Positions 19,031 to 28,838 of a stretch of DNA of 44,262 nt are shown here, one piece after another. Origin of the DNA: an uncultured archaeon (GTDB taxonomy: Archaea; Asgardarchaeota; Thorarchaeia; Thorarchaeales; Thorarchaeaceae); assembly GCA_964473825.1 (NCBI GenBank), contig CAYYQL010000019.1, forward strand, positions 1 to 44,262. The letters run 5' to 3'. The position numbers and the translations under genes were made by a program. Below the pieces are notes generated by a model that had not been told where the DNA came from, did not search any database, and saw only the letters and a list, made by a program, of their open reading frames with translations. Position 1 is the first letter of the stretch. Each line of letters opens with the position of its first letter.

Positions 19031-19351
19031 CATTCCGTGTGGATGAGGGTCAGCGGACCCTACGGGATGGCATTGGTATCCAGACGTAGAGTCTGTTCGA
19101 CGGATGCGGTAGCACGGGAACAACTCGCATTGTCTCCTTACGGACGACGACCGTGAAGTGTCAATGAGTCCACTGAGGAAGTAGTATCCCTCGGTGAACA
19201 CCGTCATTGATGCTCACTGGCCCCGCGTTCTGGCCCAGTCCATCCGAACAAGGAGTCCGTGCAGGCCCCGCCCCTAGGGGTCTGCGGCATTGCATAGGGA
19301 ACAAAACAGTAGGAGAGGGGGGGACACCCCTCGTCTCCTACAACTTTTTTT
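19031..19351 (+). ncRNA. Putative ~320-nt structured ncRNA with its own TATA box and terminator
   Basis: TTATATA at 19000-19006, first helix starting at 19031, at least 6 hairpins, and a terminal hairpin followed by T7. Confidence 0.65.
19309..19351 (+). terminator. Hairpin plus oligo-T terminator
   Basis: GTAGGAGA-GGGG...CCCC-TC-GTCTCCTAC followed by AAC and TTTTTTT. Confidence 0.75.
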
Positions 19352-19402
19352 GTGGAGATGTCATACTCATGATGAGACTCATGTTTGATCATGGTTCAGT
19401 AG

Positions 19403-21031
19403 GTGGGAATTCGGTTGTCCAAGAAGCCTGATGCAGAAAGGGTCACGCATGTCCACAGGATATGGAATCAAGCGCAGGATGAGATCAGAGATCGTTTTGG
19501 ATTGGATGCTCCCGACCTCCAGATAAAAGAGGTGGTGATAGATGGAACTCATCGATTTGGCGCCATCAAGAATGAGACCCTCTATGTCCCTGATGATATC
19601 CCCATAGAGGGGGTTGTGGCCAGCCTCTGTCTCCGCAAGGCGATGGGCAGTGACAAGATCTGCAGAAACTGTATTGACGATCTAGCCATGGAGTTTGCCC
19701 GTCAGTTCTTGGAGGGAGATGCGAGAGAACGCTGGTTCAAGGTTTGGCTCGAGCACACACAGATGCGCTATCCGGACAGCCCACTCTCCTATCATCCAAG
19801 CTGGACATATCGCTTTGTTCACAGGATGGTGGGCCAAGAGGGTTTGGATGAGATTGTGCGCGAAGTCAGAGATCTGGATCGTTGTGATATATTCATGGGG
19901 AAGGAAGACTACGTCATCTTCCTGAAGACCCGCCTTCGACGGTTCGTGGTTCCGCTTAACTCAACGGAACTCAAACTCCTCGACGTCCTGCTTCGAAACC
20001 CCAATACCGCATTCAAGGATATCAGCGACGACCTGAACATGAGCCCACAATGGGTATCAAAGAAGATCAAAGACCTGAGACTCAGGAGGGTATTGCGCAA
20101 ACATGACAGGGTACCGCTCTCCAGGATTGGGATCCGGAGTTTCCATGTCCTCATCGGCTGTGAAGACAAATCCCGGAGTCTTGTGTCGTATCTGACCAGC
20201 AGTCCTTTCCTGTACAAATCTCATAATATGATGAGCGGCATCTGGGATCTTGAAGCGTCGCTGTGCGTTCCCGATAACAGGATTAATGTCCTTGCCCTCG
20301 AGAAGTTCGTGACCGAGATGGAAGAACGCGGGATTCAAGCAGAGGTGCTAGAGGTCGATTCTACAGGAATCTCGCACTGCTATGACCACTATGTGCCCTC
20401 TGAGTCTGGATGGCATATCCCTTGGGAGGTCATGAGGGTACAGCTGAGGAAGATCTACAATGATGAGCTCGCCGATGTGATTCCTCGGATAGACGAGCGG
20501 TCAAACAGAACGAACCTCTATCTCGATGAACTCGATATGAGGATATTCAATCTTGCACAGAAGGGGATCACTTCAATCTCCAGGGTTAGAGACAGGCTAC
20601 GCATGGCACAGGAGACCGTGGCACACAGACTGAAGCGACTCAAGAACGATGGCCTCATCGATAACAGATACTCAGCCCAGAACATCGGCCTCATCGAGAA
20701 GGCGCTGATAATGACAGAAGATGAACGCACCGGGGAGGCCATGGCTGCATGGGCCCAGCGGCTCCCTCAGGCAATCATCTCCTTTACACGAGAGGGGACT
20801 CTTTACAGCCAACTCTGGTTGCCTGTTGGTGGAGGATATGGAGCCATGTGGGCCCTCGATGTTCTTCCAATCAGGGTAACAGCTGGCCTGTTATCCCTTC
20901 CAGCGGTGTTCAACTACTGGATACCGCACAGGCTGTGGGATGTTGACAACCAGAGTTGGCGGCATTCATCTGAAGCACTAGAGAAGTGGTTCACATCGCT
21001 CGATGAGGCTGACCGTGAGGTCAGACCCTAG
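19403..21031 (+). CDS. ~540-aa tandem wHTH + Lrp/AsnC-like protein (paralog B)
   Basis: Shares SPQWVSK, PFLY, VPD, W.IPW, NIGL.E, LP.GG.YGA and LWD blocks with 15343-17010. Confidence 0.8.
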   Translation: MGIRLSKKPDAERVTHVHRIWNQAQDEIRDRFGLDAPDLQIKEVVIDGTHRFGAIKNETLYVPDDIPIEGVVASLCLRKAMGSDKICRNCIDDLAMEFARQFLEGDARERWFKVWLEHTQMRYPDSPLSYHPSWTYRFVHRMVGQEGLDEIVREVRDLDRCDIFMGKEDYVIFLKTRLRRFVVPLNSTELKLLDVLLRNPNTAFKDISDDLNMSPQWVSKKIKDLRLRRVLRKHDRVPLSRIGIRSFHVLIGCEDKSRSLVSYLTSSPFLYKSHNMMSGIWDLEASLCVPDNRINVLALEKFVTEMEERGIQAEVLEVDSTGISHCYDHYVPSESGWHIPWEVMRVQLRKIYNDELADVIPRIDERSNRTNLYLDELDMRIFNLAQKGITSISRVRDRLRMAQETVAHRLKRLKNDGLIDNRYSAQNIGLIEKALIMTEDERTGEAMAAWAQRLPQAIISFTREGTLYSQLWLPVGGGYGAMWALDVLPIRVTAGLLSLPAVFNYWIPHRLWDVDNQSWRHSSEALEKWFTSLDEADREVRP

Positions 21032-22466
21032 GCCACTTGGGACGAATCTCCACACCCGAACGTTCAAGCAGATCAGGAATGCGTCGTCTCGACTTCTCGA
21101 TGATGGCCTGCTCATCAATTGTGAGAAGTTCTCGGTTACGCATGAGGACTCTGCCGTCGACGATAACATCAGTAACATCCCTTCCAGAACCCGCATATAC
21201 CAGATTTGAGACGGGATTAGGTGAGGGATTCAGGCCCACATAGTCTAGTGATACCACAATCAGGTCTGCTCGCTTGCCCACTTCCAGAGAACCCACCAGA
21301 CGCTCAATGCCCATAGCACGAGCTCCTGCCAGAGTAGCCATCTCGATGACATCTTCAGCACTCACAACCAGCGGGTCGTCTGCAATCGGTTTGTGAATCA
21401 GTGCTGCAAGCCGCATCTCACGGATCATATCATAGGTGTTATTACTAGGTCCACCGTCACAGCCTAGGGAGACCGCCACACCGCGGTCGAGCATATAAGG
21501 GACCTTCGCAAACCCTGACGCTAGTTTGGTGTTGCTGGCGGGACAGTGGGAGATGTGTGACCCTGTTTCTGCCAGAACACCCAGTTCATCCTCTTCGAAG
21601 TGGATTCCGTGGGCGAAAACCATGTCAGGACCCAGGAGATCCATGTCCCTTGCGAAGCTGGTGAGATTCGGATAGCCCCGCGACTCGACATACCGGACGT
21701 CGTCAACAACCTCTCCAAGGTGCATGGTCATTCTGGTCTTCTTGGACCGTGCAGTCTCAGTGACTTCTCGGAAGAGCTCGTCAGTGACTGCTCCAAGAGA
21801 GCGGAGGCCATACCAAACCTGTATCCTATCATTCGCCTCACCGTGCCATTTCTCGTACATGTTCTCGGTCTCGCGCATGCAGTCATCAGCATCTTCGACC
21901 ATCCCGGGATACATGATGTCATCACTGTCGGCATAGCCGGTGGAGTCCATGATGATCTTTGAGAGAGCACCCCGCATACCCACCCGTTCCAGTGTCTTTG
22001 CAATACCGTCGAATCCGTAGCGGGTGTGAATCATGCACTCGATAAAAGAGGTTGTTCCCGTCCGTATCATCTCTGCCATACACAGCTCTGCGGACAGCTG
22101 GCCGTCATCCGTCGTGTAGTTTCCCTGAAGAACCCAGACGCAGTTCTTCAGCCAGTCCACCAGAGAGACATCATCGGCACAGCCCCGTATCAGGGCCTGA
22201 GCAAGATGCACATGCGTGTCGATCAGACCCGGCATCACAATCGAGCCATGAGCATCGATCACAGTATCAGCGTCATGGTGCTTGAGGTCCTCTGTTGGCC
22301 CGATTTCACGGATTGTATCCTCTTCGATGTATAGAGCGCCGTCCGGAATAATCTCGCGTTTCTTGTTTAGAGTCAGCACATATCCGTTCTTCACAAGGAT
22401 GGACTTTGACAAAATGGCAACCTCTCTATGTGATGTATTTGGTTCCAGTAAAAAGGGGTTCGCCAT
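21021..22466 (-). CDS. Metal-dependent amidohydrolase (MTA/SAH or purine deaminase, SsnA-like); probable start TTG 22412
   Basis: MPGLIDTHVH, MHLGE, AHGIH, SHCPASN.KL.SG and LGCDG motifs. Confidence 0.9.
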   Translation of the reverse strand: MANPFLLEPNTSHREVAILSKSILVKNGYVLTLNKKREIIPDGALYIEEDTIREIGPTEDLKHHDADTVIDAHGSIVMPGLIDTHVHLAQALIRGCADDVSLVDWLKNCVWVLQGNYTTDDGQLSAELCMAEMIRTGTTSFIECMIHTRYGFDGIAKTLERVGMRGALSKIIMDSTGYADSDDIMYPGMVEDADDCMRETENMYEKWHGEANDRIQVWYGLRSLGAVTDELFREVTETARSKKTRMTMHLGEVVDDVRYVESRGYPNLTSFARDMDLLGPDMVFAHGIHFEEDELGVLAETGSHISHCPASNTKLASGFAKVPYMLDRGVAVSLGCDGGPSNNTYDMIREMRLAALIHKPIADDPLVVSAEDVIEMATLAGARAMGIERLVGSLEVGKRADLIVVSLDYVGLNPSPNPVSNLVYAGSGRDVTDVIVDGRVLMRNRELLTIDEQAIIEKSRRRIPDLLERSGVEIRPKWPRV

Positions 22467-22581
22467 GTCGGTTGATGCGTATTATCATCCTGCCAACGGG
22501 ACCGCATATTCGTAAGCAACAACTTAAAGGTGGATTCACGCAACACCAGAAGGCCCAACATACCAAGAAAGGGAGCCAAAT

Positions 22582-23070
22582 ATGTTGAAGCACTTCATCA
22601 CCATCGACACAGACCTCTGTACAGGCTGTCGGAACTGCGAGCTTGCATGCTCCATCAGGAACTCTGGGGTATTCAATCCACGCCAGTCCCGCATACAGGT
22701 TCTCAAGAAAGAGGCACAGAATCTCATTCTGCCGGTTGTATGTCTACAGTGTGAAGAGCCTCTCTGCGAAGAGGCCTGCCCATCAAATGCTATCAGGCTT
22801 AACGATGCGGGGGTTCTCACTGTTAAGAAGGATGTATGCATCGGATGTCAGAACTGCGTTACAGCCTGCGTCTACGGGGGGATTGAGATAGACCCGGTCA
22901 CGAAGAAGGCAATCAAGTGCGACCTCTGTGGAGGGGACCCGGCCTGTGTGGACGCATGCGAGTATGGAGCTATCAGTCTCGTTGAGCGAACCGAAGAAGG
23001 ACTTCGCACGCGACTGGTTGGGATCAGTCGAGCCGCCAAGCAGATAGGTATAGAGATGGAGGAGGCATGA
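22582..23070 (+). CDS. 4Fe-4S dicluster electron-transfer subunit
   Basis: Four CxxCxxCxxxC-type motifs; coupled to the AOR gene. Confidence 0.92.
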   Translation: MLKHFITIDTDLCTGCRNCELACSIRNSGVFNPRQSRIQVLKKEAQNLILPVVCLQCEEPLCEEACPSNAIRLNDAGVLTVKKDVCIGCQNCVTACVYGGIEIDPVTKKAIKCDLCGGDPACVDACEYGAISLVERTEEGLRTRLVGISRAAKQIGIEMEEA

Positions 23071-25007
23071 GAATGACATTTCCGTACAAGGGATATGCAG
23101 GGCACTACTTGGATATCGACCTCGAGAAGGGGAAGATCCACAAGAAGGAGATGGAGAAAGAGTGGGCCCGACTGTATATGGGAGGAACAGGAACTGCTGC
23201 AAGAATCCTCTGGGACAGAACAGGACCCCAGACAGATCCACTCTCCCCGGACAACGTAGTGGTAGTGGGGACCGGCCCGCTCACAGGCGTTATGTTCTCT
23301 CCGTCTGGAAGGATGATGTTTGCGAGCAAGAGCCCCCTCACCGGGATATGGGCAGAGAGTCACGCAGGCGGTTTCTTTGGTCCTGAGATCAAATATGCCG
23401 GGTTCGACATGATTGTCTTCAACGGAAGGTCGCCAAAGCCAGTATATCTCCTGCTGCAGGATGGACGAGCAGAGCTGAAGGACGCAGGGCATCTGTGGGG
23501 CAGGGAGACCGATGTCACCACTGACATAATCCGGGAGGAGAATCGAGACCCCTCCATGGAAACGGCTGTCATCGGTCCCGCAGGAGAGAATCAAGTCCTC
23601 TACTCATGCGTCATAGTTGACTACTACAGGGCAGCGGGACGTACAGGCCTAGGTGCAGTCCTTGGTTCGAAGAATGTAAAGGGAATTGCCGCATCAGGTG
23701 CCCTCCCAATCGAGGCTCATGATATGGACAGGTATCTTGAGGCCAACGAAGAAGAGATGGCAAGGCTTCACGACCCGTTATGGACCGAGTCTATTGCATC
23801 GCTGAGAAAGTATGGAACCACCGACCTCGTGGCGATGATAAACGAGATAGGCAGGCTGCCAACCAAGAATCACTGGACCGGTTTCTTTGAGGATGCAGAT
23901 GATATTGGGCCCGAAATTATCGCGAACAAGTACAGAGTGGGCCAGGAGGCCTGCCATGGCTGCGCGATAGGGTGCAAATACATCTACCGTGTAAGAGAAG
24001 GCAAGTTCCGAGGAGGGCCAGCTGGAGGTCCCGAGTATGAAACCCTCATGGCCTTCGGGTCCAACTGCCTGAACAACGATGTCGAGTCAATCTTTCATCT
24101 GGGTCAGAGATGTGACCTGCTGGGAATGGACACCATCTCCTGCGGGAAGACCATCGGTTTCGCCATGGAACTCTGGGAGAGAGGTATAATCGATGAGAGC
24201 GACACAGGGGGCATTGACCTCTCATGGGGAAATGTCGAGAGCATGGCCAGGCTAGTTGAGCTTATTGCACGACGCGAGGGTTTTGGGGCCCTCCTTGCAA
24301 AGGGCACGCGGAAGGCTGCTGAAGAGATCGGTGGAGATGCATGGAAGTATGCAGTCCATGTCAAGGGCTTGGAGGCCAGTGGTCAGGATCCACGAGCACA
24401 CCAGTCCGTGGGATTGACCTACGCCACGAACGTCCGGGGTGCAGACCATCTCCGAAGTCTCTCCTCCCTTGAGGAATTGAACTACCCAGAGGTCATCATT
24501 AGCAGATTCGGAGAGAAGAAGGCGGAGGCCATCAGCCAGATTATGTCGCCGAAGTACAAGGGCGAGGTAATCAAGGACATCGAAGACCTCTATGCTGTTG
24601 TTGACTCGGCTGTGATCTGCAAGTATGGCACTATGTGGCCACCTGTATTCTATTTCGATACTTTTGCGAACGTGATTCCACCCCTCACAGGAATGGAAGA
24701 GTGGGCGGATGTCAAGTACGTACGTGATGTCGGAGCTAGAGTGTCCCATCTCAGAAGGGCGTACAACCATCGTCTCGGAGTCACAAGAGAACACGAGACT
24801 CTCCCAAGGAGGCTTCTCAAGGAGCCCATGCCTACTGGACCAGCCAAGGGCGGGCTACCCGACCTCGACTACATGCTCGATGAATACTACGAGTTGAGGG
24901 GTAGTGAAAAAGAGACTGGATATCCCAAGAGGTCAATGCTTGAAGAGCTGAACCTCGACTTTGTCGCTGAAGACCTTGAGAAGCGTAAGATGTTGGCTAA
25001 GCAGTAG
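23067..25007 (+). CDS. aor: Aldehyde:ferredoxin oxidoreductase family (tungstopterin) protein
   Basis: KSPLTG, AAGRTGLGAVLGSKNVK, GPEYET, LGMDTIS and RGADHL motifs. Confidence 0.93.
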   Translation: MRMTFPYKGYAGHYLDIDLEKGKIHKKEMEKEWARLYMGGTGTAARILWDRTGPQTDPLSPDNVVVVGTGPLTGVMFSPSGRMMFASKSPLTGIWAESHAGGFFGPEIKYAGFDMIVFNGRSPKPVYLLLQDGRAELKDAGHLWGRETDVTTDIIREENRDPSMETAVIGPAGENQVLYSCVIVDYYRAAGRTGLGAVLGSKNVKGIAASGALPIEAHDMDRYLEANEEEMARLHDPLWTESIASLRKYGTTDLVAMINEIGRLPTKNHWTGFFEDADDIGPEIIANKYRVGQEACHGCAIGCKYIYRVREGKFRGGPAGGPEYETLMAFGSNCLNNDVESIFHLGQRCDLLGMDTISCGKTIGFAMELWERGIIDESDTGGIDLSWGNVESMARLVELIARREGFGALLAKGTRKAAEEIGGDAWKYAVHVKGLEASGQDPRAHQSVGLTYATNVRGADHLRSLSSLEELNYPEVIISRFGEKKAEAISQIMSPKYKGEVIKDIEDLYAVVDSAVICKYGTMWPPVFYFDTFANVIPPLTGMEEWADVKYVRDVGARVSHLRRAYNHRLGVTREHETLPRRLLKEPMPTGPAKGGLPDLDYMLDEYYELRGSEKETGYPKRSMLEELNLDFVAEDLEKRKMLAKQ

Positions 25008-25368
25008 CATCATGAAGCTGAACACCTGGGGCGAAAGAAGTCTGTAGTGCTCTCCGGCCGCCCGAGATCAACCGGTGACTGAGAGTCTCTTCAGAGAGGG
25101 TCTTCTGCATGAACTCCTCCAGTTCTACATCAGGTTCGTCTGCAATTCCAGCCTCGATCAGTGGTACAAGACGTTCCAAGAGAAAATCCCTGAGTTGACG
25201 GAGCTCGTAGGTTATTCGGTTTGCGCCTCCGAATCGTTCCTCACAGGTGAAACACTCCTGATCGATGAGACCTGAGAAGTAATCAATGCTCTGCGTGTTC
25301 ACGCCAGATTCTCTCAGCCGATTCATGATGTCCTCTACCGTGAAGTGTCGATTCCTGCTTGTTTGCAT
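24997..25368 (-). CDS. Hypothetical protein
   Basis: 123-aa ORF with GGTGA RBS and natural-looking composition; convergent overlap with aor. Confidence 0.55.
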   Translation of the reverse strand: MQTSRNRHFTVEDIMNRLRESGVNTQSIDYFSGLIDQECFTCEERFGGANRITYELRQLRDFLLERLVPLIEAGIADEPDVELEEFMQKTLSEETLSHRLISGGRRALQTSFAPGVQLHDATA

Positions 25369-25495
25369 CGTGACTCACCCATCCGGTGACAGGATCAATC
25401 AGATTCAACTTTTAAGCGTTTTTGGGTGGCCTACCACCTCCCAGAGGCCTCCGACAAGCGCTATCCTTATGATTGAGATGCCCCCAGTTACTGGT

Positions 25496-26593
25496 ATGGC
25501 AAGTACGCGTGTAGAGATTGCTGGACTGCGCTTCAAAAACCCGATCCTAACCGCTGCGGGGCCTGGGTCCAAAGATGGTATGACTCTACTGTCTGCCGCT
25601 GCAGGAGGAGCAGGGGGGCTCGTCGCCAAGACCGTCAGTGTGAGGCCAGCTGAAGTGCCGCGGCCCAACATGAGTGCTCTCGGAAGTGGTCGAGTCGCAT
25701 CACGGAGGGGGCTTCTGAACGCAGAGCTCTGGAGTGAACTCTCCGTCGAACGCTGGGTGGAGAAAGAGTACGCTATTGCCCTCAGTTCGGGACTGCCTCT
25801 CATTGCAAGTGTGGGCTACACCCCCGATGAGGTCACGGAACTCGGACCCAAAGTCGCCGGTGCAGGAGTTCATGCTATCGAGTTTAGCACCCATTATGTT
25901 GGAGGACATCACAAGATAGCAGAGGCACTGAGAGAGGCTGTAGACGTCCCCATCTTTGCCAAACTAAGCCCCAGAGTGGATGTCTCAGATGTGGCCAGAG
26001 AGATCGAACCTTTTGTTGACGGCTTCGTGGCTATCAACACCTATGGACCGTGTCTTCGGATCGACGTTGAAACAGGACGCCCCACCCTGGGAAGTGACAA
26101 CGGATACGGATGGCTCAGCGGAGCAGCACTGAAGCCTATCGCCCTCAGATGTGTGGCAGACCTTGCCCAATCAGTGGAGAAACCGGTCATAGGAGTTGGG
26201 GGCGTGAGCAGCGGAGAAGATGCCATCGAGTTCTTCATGGCGGGCGCACACTTGGTGCAGGTATGTACTGCCGCGATTCTCAATGGAGATACAATATACG
26301 GTCAGATTGCCAGAGAAGTGAATGAATGGCTAGACAACCATGATTATGGCTCACTTGAAGAGGTGCGGGGAATGGCAATACCATATATCAGAGACAATCA
26401 GTCGCTGAGTCCCCCTGCTGAAGTTAACACGGAGATGTGTACTCTGTGTGGACTATGCCCCAAGTCCTGTGTCTACGACGCAATCACCCTGGACAGAGAG
26501 AATGAGGTCCTTATCATCGATCCTAAGAAGTGTACAGGCTGTGGACTCTGCGTCACTGTCTGCCCAGAGCATGCACTATCTCTCAGATGCTAA
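25496..26593 (+). CDS. Dihydroorotate/dihydropyrimidine dehydrogenase-like FMN protein with C-terminal 2x[4Fe-4S] (PreA-like)
   Basis: FKNPILTAAGP, VAKT, AKLSP, AINT, GWLSG.ALKP, IGVGGV and VQVCTA motifs, then two ferredoxin motifs. Start re-set to ATG 25496. Confidence 0.85.
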   Translation: MASTRVEIAGLRFKNPILTAAGPGSKDGMTLLSAAAGGAGGLVAKTVSVRPAEVPRPNMSALGSGRVASRRGLLNAELWSELSVERWVEKEYAIALSSGLPLIASVGYTPDEVTELGPKVAGAGVHAIEFSTHYVGGHHKIAEALREAVDVPIFAKLSPRVDVSDVAREIEPFVDGFVAINTYGPCLRIDVETGRPTLGSDNGYGWLSGAALKPIALRCVADLAQSVEKPVIGVGGVSSGEDAIEFFMAGAHLVQVCTAAILNGDTIYGQIAREVNEWLDNHDYGSLEEVRGMAIPYIRDNQSLSPPAEVNTEMCTLCGLCPKSCVYDAITLDRENEVLIIDPKKCTGCGLCVTVCPEHALSLRC

Positions 26594-26598
26594 CAATC

Positions 26599-27792
26599 TC
26601 AGAGAAAGACGAAGTCATCAAGCCCGGTGGTGAGCCGTTTCGCCTTGCCCTTTGTGACCGCATAATCGTTCTCGATGCGTACGCCACCAATGGATTTCAG
26701 ATAGACACCCGGTTCGATGGCCATGACATTGCCAGCCTCAAATCTGGCGGTCTTGTTGTACATGCTGGGGTTCTCGTGTACTTCGAGTCCGATGCCGTGG
26801 CCGAGTCCGTGGGTCATTCCCTCTTCTGTCTGGGGATCCAGCCTTCGTGACTTGTAACCATCTTTCTGGAGGGACTCGAAGCAAGCCATGTTCATATCGT
26901 CAATAAGCACGCCATCACTCATCTTATCAACGCAGGCATCCGCAGCTCGTTTCACTGCATCAAACATATGCTGGAGTTTCTCATCGACGGCACCCTTCAC
27001 AATGGTTCGGGTCACATCAGCGACATACCGGTCCAGTTTCAGCCTCGGGAAGACATCCAGTATGATTGGGACTCCAGCCTTGAGGACATCATCAGGTTTC
27101 CCCAGATAGTGCCAGTCAAATCCCTTCTTGCCCACTGCAGTGATAGCATCCTCAGCAGATTCAGCCCCATGACCAAGGAGAGCGTGCTCCAGTGCGAGCT
27201 TCACCTGTCGGACAGTCAACGGTCTCTGTTCGTAGAGGAGTTTCTTGTTTGGACCGATCTCTGTATCGTTGATGAGATCGATGACCTTCTTGATTGCATC
27301 CACAGTTGCATCGCCCGCCCTCTTGATGGTCTTGATCTCCTCGTCAGACTTCGTTCCTCGAGCGTCTTTGATGAGGTCTGGAAGTATCTTGATGTTATAT
27401 CCCAGAGCCTGGATGGCGAGCACCACACGGGCCGGTAGATGATCAGGAATCCCGATGACATCCCCATGGAAGAGGTCGCCCAAGACCTTGCGATATACAA
27501 CCTCTGGGTGGTAGTAAGGCCTCTTATCATCGCTAATGAGATCTGTATAGAGTTCGGTCATATCTAGAGTCTGCTCAATGTGACTCTCCCTCTTGATCCG
27601 CTCCAAGGTATGGAAGTATGCAGCGACTACTCCCGTCTCTCCACGGTTCTTGAAGTATATCACAGAGTCGGGAGAACGGAAGCCTGTCAACCAGAAGATG
27701 TCAGGAACCTCAAACGCGTTTCCCTCTGCTACAATGGCATCCACACCGGCCTGTTCCATCAATGGGTCTAAATCCTGAAGCAATGATTTCAC
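26599..27792 (-). CDS. Xaa-Pro aminopeptidase (M24 family)
   Basis: DVTRT, HGLGHGIGLEVHE, IEPGVY and GVRIEND motifs. Confidence 0.93.
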   Translation of the reverse strand: MKSLLQDLDPLMEQAGVDAIVAEGNAFEVPDIFWLTGFRSPDSVIYFKNRGETGVVAAYFHTLERIKRESHIEQTLDMTELYTDLISDDKRPYYHPEVVYRKVLGDLFHGDVIGIPDHLPARVVLAIQALGYNIKILPDLIKDARGTKSDEEIKTIKRAGDATVDAIKKVIDLINDTEIGPNKKLLYEQRPLTVRQVKLALEHALLGHGAESAEDAITAVGKKGFDWHYLGKPDDVLKAGVPIILDVFPRLKLDRYVADVTRTIVKGAVDEKLQHMFDAVKRAADACVDKMSDGVLIDDMNMACFESLQKDGYKSRRLDPQTEEGMTHGLGHGIGLEVHENPSMYNKTARFEAGNVMAIEPGVYLKSIGGVRIENDYAVTKGKAKRLTTGLDDFVFL

Positions 27793-27845
27793 TCCCTAGT
27801 GAAAACTCAGAACGGTTGTTGAGAGGATAAGTGTTCTCGTTTGAA

Positions 27846-28733
27846 CTATAGATAGATCTTCATTCGGTCCTCGACCTGTTTGCGGGTGGGCAGGTCATAG
27901 GGCCCAATGGTCTCCAGATTGAAGGACGCGCAGGTGGCACCGAACAGACCAGATCTCCTGATATCACCACTTCGGAAATACTCAAGCAAGAACCCAATCA
28001 TGTAAGTGTCACCCGAGCCGGTGGCATCAACGAACTTGTCGGCAAGAACCAGCGGGATGTCAACCTGAGTATTCCGGGTGTAGATTGTTGAACCCTTCTG
28101 GTCTCTCGTGACCACGACGATTCTGGGGCCGAAACTCAGGATCTCTGTCACCGCCGAGACCTCGGACTTGGACTCTGTGGCATGCATCATCTCTTCTTGG
28201 TCAGCCTTGACAACGTCCACGAACCTGAGCACGGCATCACGACTCATCCATTTCCCATCCAGTACCTCGCCGTCCTCTATTCTTCGCGTGTATCCCTGGA
28301 TGTCTAAGGAGGTGAGAGAGCCACGCATCCTTGCCGCCTCGATACAGGAGGGATGTATCTCATCTGGCGTCAGAGGGCAGAAATGGGTGATGCTCACCCC
28401 AAAATGTTGCGGCATGAAGTCTTCTGAGCGGATGCTAGGTGCGATGTGCTCTACTCTCTGCGTGCGATTTCCATCCTTATCATACTCGTTCACAAAACGG
28501 GTACTTCTCTGGCCAGAGACTCTCAGGCCAGTCAGGTCAAGTCCAGAACTCCGCAGAAGGGTCATGTATTCCTGCTCAAAATCGGAACCAACCCGAGTCA
28601 CGATTCCCGCACCAAGAGCGCCAATTGTTGGGGCCAGCATCGCATAGGCAGTCCCACCACCCAATGCCTCACGTCTCATCTCAGGCGTAATAAGCAAGTC
28701 TCTGCTGAGATGTCCAACAACGACTATCTCCAT
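27846..28733 (-). CDS. PfkB-family carbohydrate/nucleoside kinase
   Basis: VVGHLSRD...GGGTAY N-terminus and VDATGSGDTY signature; start set at MEIVVVG. Confidence 0.9.
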   Translation of the reverse strand: MEIVVVGHLSRDLLITPEMRREALGGGTAYAMLAPTIGALGAGIVTRVGSDFEQEYMTLLRSSGLDLTGLRVSGQRSTRFVNEYDKDGNRTQRVEHIAPSIRSEDFMPQHFGVSITHFCPLTPDEIHPSCIEAARMRGSLTSLDIQGYTRRIEDGEVLDGKWMSRDAVLRFVDVVKADQEEMMHATESKSEVSAVTEILSFGPRIVVVTRDQKGSTIYTRNTQVDIPLVLADKFVDATGSGDTYMIGFLLEYFRSGDIRRSGLFGATCASFNLETIGPYDLPTRKQVEDRMKIYL

Positions 28734-28838
28734 CTTAACCACCTGCTGCAATGTCAAGGAAGTGGGGTCAGAATAGCAACATCAGCCTTTCGCTTTGTCA
28801 CAGGTCGCAACTGTTAATATGTCAAGTCGGTAGGCATA

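Noticed and set aside
19172-19206. Hammerhead ribozyme core (CTGAGGA...GAAC)
   Set aside because: No stem II and no GAAA; the segment pairs as an ordinary hairpin.
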